A stretch of 64,000 nt of DNA from a bacterium (GTDB lineage Bacteria; Patescibacteriota; Patescibacteriia; UBA9570): NCBI GenBank assembly GCA_030698395.1, contig JAUYKW010000001.1:29735-93734 (forward strand). Reading direction: 5' to 3'. The position numbers and the translations under genes were made by a program. Below are positions 58,148-64,000 of the stretch, piece by piece. How positions within the stretch are numbered: position 1 is the first letter of the stretch; every line of letters begins with the position of its first letter. The notes below the pieces were generated by a model. That model searched no databases and was not told the DNA's origin. It saw nothing but the letters and a program-made list of their open reading frames with translations.

Positions 58148-58717
58148 TTAGTATTCAATACCTTGTCGAGCAGTGAATGAATCGTTATCGTAATAATGTT
58201 TTGTCGACTCCATTACAGTTACTAAATCAGCCATATTCAATAACACCGGATGAGCATCCCTACCAGTAATGATTGTTTCAATATTGTTATGCCGATCATC
58301 AAGAAAATCAATCACATCTGCTAATGGCACCAACTCAAGATTTACCGCAGTAATTAGTTCATCCAAGATTAAAACATCTGGTTGACTACGACGCATAACT
58401 TCACGAGCATAATTCAATCCCTGACTAGCAAAATATGCATCCACGGAATGTACATCATCTATAGATTGCAAATCATTCCTACCAAACTGAATAATTTCCA
58501 CATTATTACCAAGCTGTTGAACTGCTTTTAGCTCTCCTCTATCTTTATCTCCAGTTAAAAACTGAATCATAGTAACTTTGTGGTTCTGACCCGCAGCTCG
58601 TAATAACACTCCTAAAGCCGCTGAAGTTTTGCCCTTACCTTCTCCAGTATAAATATGTAAGTAACCTAGATTACGTTTTGAATTAAAATTATTTTCTGCC
58701 TTGGGATGAATAATCAT
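58148..58717 (-). CDS. cobO: Cob(I)alamin/cob(I)yrinic acid a,c-diamide adenosyltransferase (CobO/BtuR/CobA family)
   Basis: P-loop-like YTGEGKGKTSAALG, and IQF...GRDAHPVLLNMADLVTVMESTKH at the C-terminus, typical of CobA/BtuR. Overlaps nrdR by 4 nt. Confidence 0.7.
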   Translation of the reverse strand: MIIHPKAENNFNSKRNLGYLHIYTGEGKGKTSAALGVLLRAAGQNHKVTMIQFLTGDKDRGELKAVQQLGNNVEIIQFGRNDLQSIDDVHSVDAYFASQGLNYAREVMRRSQPDVLILDELITAVNLELVPLADVIDFLDDRHNNIETIITGRDAHPVLLNMADLVTVMESTKHYYDNDSFTARQGIEY

Positions 58718-59190
58718 GATTTTTTCTTTTTACTGCGTTTGGTCATTAATTTTTCAACTTCTTCTTGAAAAGTTATTAAATCTTCAAAATCCTGATAGAC
58801 AGATGCAAATCTGATGTAAGCAATTTTATCAATCTTTTTTAGATGCTTCATCACAATATCTCCAATCTTGCCTGAATCAATTATATCTGATTTTACCGCT
58901 AATTGCACATCTCGTTCAATAGCTGCTATTACTTTTTTTAACTTCTCTTCATCTTTTAATCTCTTTTGTAATGCAATATGTACACCCTGACTAATCTTCT
59001 CTGTTGAATATGGTTCTAGTTCACCACCACGTTTTTTTACCTTTAAATTCAAAATTTCTACTTGTTCTTTGGTAGAAAATCTAAAATCACACTTCGGACA
59101 TTGTCGCCGACGACGAATAGTTATGCCATCATCAGAAACTCGTGAATCCACTACTTTTGTATCATTATGAAGACATCCTGGACAATGCAT
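58714..59190 (-). CDS. nrdR: Transcriptional repressor NrdR
   Basis: N-terminal zinc ribbon MHCPGCLHNDTKVVDSR...RRRQCPKCDFRFSTKE followed by an ATP-cone. Confidence 0.9.
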   Translation of the reverse strand: MHCPGCLHNDTKVVDSRVSDDGITIRRRRQCPKCDFRFSTKEQVEILNLKVKKRGGELEPYSTEKISQGVHIALQKRLKDEEKLKKVIAAIERDVQLAVKSDIIDSGKIGDIVMKHLKKIDKIAYIRFASVYQDFEDLITFQEEVEKLMTKRSKKKKS

Positions 59191-59839
59191 TTGATTATAT
59201 AAAAGTTAGTATCAAATAATTAGGTAATGTAAATGCCTATTGAGTATACAATAAAACCACCTATCAGTTAAGGTGGGGGGTTGGGCTGGGGATGGGAGTT
59301 TACGATAAATCGCTTACTCACCACCCCAGCACGACAACCATATACTCAGGCAGCTGGCAACGGCCTTCTCAGCATGATAGCCAAGGAGTTCAGCCGCTCC
59401 CAGGACTCACGCCGCCACTTCACGTTGTCAGACTGGTAGTGCGTGTGCCAGTGCATCTGGAGCAACTGCTGTGCACCATCGCTGTGAATCGGCGCTTCCA
59501 GCGTTCGCAGGAACTCAACGGAAGTACGAGTACGAGTCCTGCCGTAACGCTTCACGAACTCGCGAGCCGTTTCGAGAATGGCATCAGGAGTACCAGGAGG
59601 GAAGAGATCGGACTGAGGCATTGAACTTACCTTGTCTTGGTGGGATTTGAGGAGGGGTTCTGGAAGATGCCGGTTACATGGTTATCTATTTTCCGTATGA
59701 CAACCGTGTTAACTAGCTGTCTTAATGCAACATACAATACACTCAGTCGTTGCAAAAAAGCAGCTAATTAACAAGTATCAAATCATACAGAAAATACAAA
59801 ATAGCACAAAATAGGCATTTGTCAATGGTATAGTACAAC

Positions 59840-59880
59840 AAAAAAAGTAGATACAGGCCATAGCGTGTATCTACTTTTTA
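59840..59880 (-). terminator. Intrinsic terminator downstream of ftsZ
   Basis: AGTAGATAC-aggccatagcgt-GTATCTACT: a 9-bp stem. A T-run follows on the minus strand (the plus-strand A-run 59840-59845) and another follows on the plus strand. Confidence 0.5.
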
Positions 59881-59894
59881 CTATTACTATTTTC

Positions 59895-61061
59895 TTACAT
59901 CATCTTCTTTCTGATAAAAGCTGGCACTTCTAAATCTTCATCATCAGAATTATCAACTGGTTGTTCTTCCATGATGTTCTTATTACGGAATGATTTAGTC
60001 GCTGGAGCATTCATATCATCATCATTATCTACACTCTTCTTTGTAACGAATGGCACTGGTCTTACTGCTTCAATTTTTTTAGTAGATTTTCCGCCATTTG
60101 TAAATCCTGTAGCTACTACAGTAACTTTAACTTCATCTCCTAATGCATCATCTACAACAGAGCCAAAGATTACTTTAGCATTAGGATCTGCGGATTCTGT
60201 TATTATTCTAGCTGCTTCATTTACCTCATACATACCCAAGCTTGGTCCACCAGCAATAGTAAATAGAATGCCCTTTGCTCCATCAATATCCATTTCTAAT
60301 AACGGACTATCAATTGCTGCTTTAGCTGCTTCTATAGCTCTGCTTTCACCAGTTGCTCTGCCGATTCCCATTAATGCTGATCCAGCATCAGACATAACAG
60401 ATTTAACATCAGCGAAATCCACATTAATTAATCCAGGAATAGTGATTAAATCGGAAATACCTTGAACACCTTGAAACAGAACATCATCAACTGTTTGAAA
60501 AGCATCAAGTAATGATGTTTTCTTATCAATGATTTGTAACAAACGTTCGTTTGGAATTGTAATTAAAGTATCAACTCTGTCAGCCATTTCTCCCAATGCA
60601 GCATCAGCAATTTGTCCACGTTGAGCTCCTTCAAATAAAAATGGTTTTGTAACAACAGCAACAGTTAATGCTCCAGATTCACGCGCTAGTTCTGCAATTA
60701 TTGGCCCTGCTCCAGAACCAGTTCCACCACCTAAACCGCAAGTAATGAAAACCATATCAGCACCCTTTACTAGCTCAATCAATTCATCTTGTGACTCTTC
60801 AGCAGCCTTAGCTCCAACTACAGGATCCATACCAGCGCCAAGACCACGTGTTGTGCCCTGACCAATATGTATACGATGTTTTGCTGGACTATGATGTAAA
60901 GCTTGAGAATCTGTATTAACTACTATAAATTCTACTCCTTTTAAGCCACTATCGATCATTCTGGATACAGCAGATCCACCTGATCCACCAACTCCAACTA
61001 CTAATATTTTTGCGAATGTTTCGACATCTGGCTTTACCTCAGTATATTTTCCATTAGCCAT
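59895..61061 (-). CDS. ftsZ: Cell division GTPase FtsZ
   Basis: Tubulin signature GLGGGTGSGAGPIIAE and the T7 loop region. C-terminal tail ...DLEVPAFIRKK. Confidence 0.95.
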   Translation of the reverse strand: MANGKYTEVKPDVETFAKILVVGVGGSGGSAVSRMIDSGLKGVEFIVVNTDSQALHHSPAKHRIHIGQGTTRGLGAGMDPVVGAKAAEESQDELIELVKGADMVFITCGLGGGTGSGAGPIIAELARESGALTVAVVTKPFLFEGAQRGQIADAALGEMADRVDTLITIPNERLLQIIDKKTSLLDAFQTVDDVLFQGVQGISDLITIPGLINVDFADVKSVMSDAGSALMGIGRATGESRAIEAAKAAIDSPLLEMDIDGAKGILFTIAGGPSLGMYEVNEAARIITESADPNAKVIFGSVVDDALGDEVKVTVVATGFTNGGKSTKKIEAVRPVPFVTKKSVDNDDDMNAPATKSFRNKNIMEEQPVDNSDDEDLEVPAFIRKKMM

Positions 61062-61293
61062 AATTATTTACCTTAATTTAAAGTTAAAAAAACCTTTTAA
61101 AATCATAAATGCTTTATACAAATAGGAATATTACAGTGAAATTGTTTCAAAGTCAATACTTCTTGAATAAAAAAGGTATGCAACGACCTATATTAATCAA
61201 TAAAAATAGCATATTTATCAAACAAAAAATGTATTTTTTCAATACATTTAATGAATACAAATTGTATCCGGCCTATATTTACTAAGACATTTA

Positions 61294-62541
61294 TTAGGGC
61301 AACAAACTCTTAAACCACTTTTTCATCTTAGAAGTTGCATCTGTAACAGCTGAAAAACGAGCTAACTGAGACATACCTCCACCTTGCGGACTTGTCATAC
61401 CTTGCCCCCATAATACTAATCCTAAAGCAGTTGCAAAGACAGGATCCTGAATTTTATCAATAGCAGTTTTAAATTGTCTTGGTGCACCAATTGTGGCAGG
61501 TAAATAAAACTGTGCTTTAGCGACATCTACGATACCGTTTAATTTAGAACCACCACCAGTTAACACAATTCCAGCTGGAAGCATGCCGTGCCGATCAATA
61601 GCTTTTAGTTCTTTGTTTACCATTGAGAAAATCTCTTCTAATCTTGCTTCGATTATTTCTGCTACTTCTTTCCGAGATACTCTACCATCTTCATTTTCAT
61701 CAATATCTTTTAAATCTATCTCTTCATGTTTATTTATGTCATCTGGACTTGCAGAACCATAATCAGTTTTGATTGCCTCGGCAATATCAACAGAAGTTCT
61801 TAACCCAATAGCAATATCATTAGTAATGTGTCCTGCACCTACTGGCAAAATCTTTGTATGAATCACATCCCCTTCTTCAAATACCATCAAGCTAGTCGTT
61901 AGTCCTCCTAAATTTACTAAAGCCACTCCTAGTTCTTTCTGACGTTTAGTTAACACAGCCTCGCTAGCAGCAAGTACACCTAACACCAAATCTTGGATAT
62001 CAGTACCAGTACGATAAACACATTTTGTTAAATTCTTTATCTGAGATACTAAACCAAGAATAATCTGTGCATCTGCCTCTAATTTAATTCCAGTCATTCC
62101 TACGGGATCTTTTATTCCCATTTGATTATCCACATTGAACTGTCGGGGAATAACATGCAATATTTCATAATTTGGTGGTGTAGCTACAGTTTGTGCAGCC
62201 TCAATTACCCTAGTTACATCTTCATCCTTGATTTCACCATCAGCTTTCGATACTGCAACTACGCCATGACTATCCTGAGACAAGATGTGACCGCCATTAA
62301 CGCTTACAAATGCTCTTTCAGTAGGAATACCAGTCATTCGTTCTACCTTGTCTAAGGCTCCAGAAATTGAAGAGACTGCATCTTCTATGCTAGTAATAAC
62401 TCCTTTATTAATACCTTCAGCTGGATGTTCAGCTGCTCCAATAATATGCAAATCATTATCATGAGGATTAACTTGGCCAACAGCAACTCGGATAGTTGTT
62501 GAACCGATATCTAAACCTGTAATAGCGTCCCCTTTTGCCAT
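61294..62541 (-). CDS. ftsA: Cell division protein FtsA
   Basis: Actin-fold ATPase (ITGLDIGSTTIRVAVG N-terminal phosphate-1 loop), directly upstream of ftsZ. Confidence 0.9.
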   Translation of the reverse strand: MAKGDAITGLDIGSTTIRVAVGQVNPHDNDLHIIGAAEHPAEGINKGVITSIEDAVSSISGALDKVERMTGIPTERAFVSVNGGHILSQDSHGVVAVSKADGEIKDEDVTRVIEAAQTVATPPNYEILHVIPRQFNVDNQMGIKDPVGMTGIKLEADAQIILGLVSQIKNLTKCVYRTGTDIQDLVLGVLAASEAVLTKRQKELGVALVNLGGLTTSLMVFEEGDVIHTKILPVGAGHITNDIAIGLRTSVDIAEAIKTDYGSASPDDINKHEEIDLKDIDENEDGRVSRKEVAEIIEARLEEIFSMVNKELKAIDRHGMLPAGIVLTGGGSKLNGIVDVAKAQFYLPATIGAPRQFKTAIDKIQDPVFATALGLVLWGQGMTSPQGGGMSQLARFSAVTDATSKMKKWFKSLLP

Positions 62542-62595
62542 ATTATATAGTAACTATACTAGTAATTAATAAATTTCTCTAACCTGTTTATTATA

Positions 62596-62970
62596 CTATA
62601 AACTTTGTAATAAATCTATGAAGTGTGGAATAAAAACCATACACGCAATAATCGCTGAGCCAAATGATGCAATAAATACTGCCGCGGCCATCATATCTTT
62701 AATAACTGCAACATAAGTATGCATTCTAGGTTTCAAAATATCCACAATTTTCTCAAAAATAGTATTCACAACTTCTAATACCATCACAAAGATAATCAGC
62801 ATGGTTAAGATTATCGCTTCACCCATTGAAACTCTAAAAATAAGCATAGCAGTAACCACTAAAATACCAATAAATACCTGAATTCGAAAATTTTGTTCGT
62901 TACGCCACACATATTTCAATCCCTGTATGGCATAAGCAAAACTTTGATTTAACCTTTTGATACTAATCAT
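62596..62970 (-). CDS. dgkA: Prokaryotic diacylglycerol/undecaprenol kinase (DgkA family)
   Basis: 124 aa, 3 transmembrane helices, conserved ...AIILTMLIIFVMVLEVVNTIFEKIVD... (E/N active-site helix). Confidence 0.7.
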   Translation of the reverse strand: MISIKRLNQSFAYAIQGLKYVWRNEQNFRIQVFIGILVVTAMLIFRVSMGEAIILTMLIIFVMVLEVVNTIFEKIVDILKPRMHTYVAVIKDMMAAAVFIASFGSAIIACMVFIPHFIDLLQSL

Positions 62971-63379
62971 TACTATAGATTTGAGATAATAATTTTCTTT
63001 CTAGAGGACGCATAACTTTAGCATCAATAGCAGTTTCATGATCATAACCTCTTAAATGCAGTATACCATGTATAAGTAACCATAAAAGCTCTTTTATTAC
63101 TGGTGTTTGTTTCTCTACAGCTTGTTTTACAGCTTGCTGATAACATATCACAACTTCGCCTTCTTCATCGTTGTATGGAAACGATAACACGTCAGTAACA
63201 GCATTAACTTTTCTGTATTTCAGATTCATTTCCTGCATAGTTTTTGCACCTACTAAAACAACTGATACAGAAAATGTCTCTGAAAATCTAAGATTTTTCT
63301 TTACTGCTAAAAATGTCTGATTTACTATCTTAGCAGTTAATTCTGATGCTTTAACATTTTTATGAAGGTGAATTGGCAT
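62963..63379 (-). CDS. ybeY: Endoribonuclease YbeY (rRNA maturation factor)
   Basis: HGILHLRGYDHE (the H-x3-H-x5-H zinc motif). Confidence 0.85.
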   Translation of the reverse strand: MPIHLHKNVKASELTAKIVNQTFLAVKKNLRFSETFSVSVVLVGAKTMQEMNLKYRKVNAVTDVLSFPYNDEEGEVVICYQQAVKQAVEKQTPVIKELLWLLIHGILHLRGYDHETAIDAKVMRPLERKLLSQIYSND

Positions 63380-63992
63380 TCACATCATCATTAACATTAC
63401 TGTTAACTGTATTTTTATTTGTATTATTTGAACTCTTCGTGGCTTTAGTTAATTCAAAACTCTTAGCAATTAATGCAAAAGTAGTATCAAAGTGTAAATC
63501 TACACTACTGCCATAACGATAACTAACACCATACACATATTCATCCGAGGTAAAATAAGCAGTATATCCATCAAGACTTAATACACCCTCAACACCGTCA
63601 AATGTGGTAATTGTTTCTAATTGAGTTTCTTTTACATTACTTGCTTGATCTAAATACCAATCTACTGCTGTAAAGCCAGTTGGATTATTCTCCACTACGA
63701 CTGCCACAAATTGGCCAGCTGTATCTAAAGATGTTGGAGTGAATAATACTTCATTTGATCCTGTTTCAGATATTTCATCAGCTGTCCACTCTGCTGGATA
63801 TAACATATTATAACCATATTCTTTATTACTATATGTACTAACTAACTCAGAGTTATCTACAAGCTTAGCAGCACCATCAGTACTTTGCGGATCAAATCCA
63901 GCTAATATTTCAGCACCGTCATTATAACCATCGCTATCTGTGTCTGGTAAATCAGCTTTTGTGCCAAATAATTTCTCTTCCTCATTAGTCAA
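63360..63992 (-). CDS. Secreted protein with an Asp-rich calcium-binding (TSP3-like) motif; the N-terminus may extend beyond the window
   Basis: DTDSDGYNDGAEILAGFDPQ is a D-x-D-x-D-G loop; N-terminal Asn/Ser-rich low complexity. Confidence 0.4.
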   Translation of the reverse strand: MTNEEEKLFGTKADLPDTDSDGYNDGAEILAGFDPQSTDGAAKLVDNSELVSTYSNKEYGYNMLYPAEWTADEISETGSNEVLFTPTSLDTAGQFVAVVVENNPTGFTAVDWYLDQASNVKETQLETITTFDGVEGVLSLDGYTAYFTSDEYVYGVSYRYGSSVDLHFDTTFALIAKSFELTKATKSSNNTNKNTVNSNVNDDVNANSPS

Positions 63993-64000
63993 CTGATCCT

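Noticed and set aside
59971-60465. 164-aa plus-strand ORF inside ftsZ
   Set aside because: It is the antisense shadow of the Gly/Ala-rich FtsZ coding region.

Overview
The window is an AT-rich bacterial chromosomal segment, roughly one-third G+C by eye, with compact, mostly co-directional operons. The gene content fits a small-genome, surface-protein-rich bacterium, possibly Patescibacteria/CPR-like, but that is inference only.

Recognisable genes and operons:
- A complete F1Fo ATP synthase operon on the minus strand (atpI-like, atpB, E, F, A, G, D, C), with no recognisable delta subunit.
- pgi, an ECF sigma factor with its anti-sigma factor, and mutM.
- A TPP-riboswitch-controlled thiamine ABC transporter (thiB, thiP, thiQ).
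- A GAF-ANTAR regulator immediately upstream of glnA, separated from it by an intergenic dual-hairpin/terminator element.
- A class II (B12-dependent) ribonucleotide reductase, nrdJ, with tandem NrdR boxes, and a separate nrdR-cobO operon.
- A sulfide:quinone oxidoreductase followed by TusE/DsrC and a DsrE-like sulfur-relay gene.
- A cluster of a NOX-like ferric-reductase-domain oxidoreductase, a SagB-type nitroreductase and a cytochrome-b5-like protein.
- A queuosine-precursor transporter (yhhQ), ftsA, ftsZ, dgkA and ybeY.

Several very large secreted or surface proteins are present:
- An 816-aa FG-GAP beta-propeller protein.
- A 2450-aa giant multi-domain surface protein.
- An acidic thrombospondin-type-3-like calcium-binding repeat protein.
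- An FN3/LamG/HExxH protein.

The most unusual signals:
1. Five discrete GC-rich islands, roughly half G+C, embedded in intergenic positions. Two carry genes with foreign codon usage, a PlsC-like acyltransferase and a PurN-like formyltransferase. Three are non-coding but highly self-complementary, so they could be structured RNAs or remnants of mobile elements.
2. An ANTAR-type antitermination module in front of glnA: two hairpins with identical GAUGAU hexaloops, overlapping an intrinsic terminator.
3. A UvrD-type helicase fused to a Cas4/AddB-like Fe-S nuclease, preceded by a small basic protein.
4. An in-frame internal signal-peptide-like segment inside the giant ORF.

I could see no CRISPR array, rRNA or tRNA in the window.
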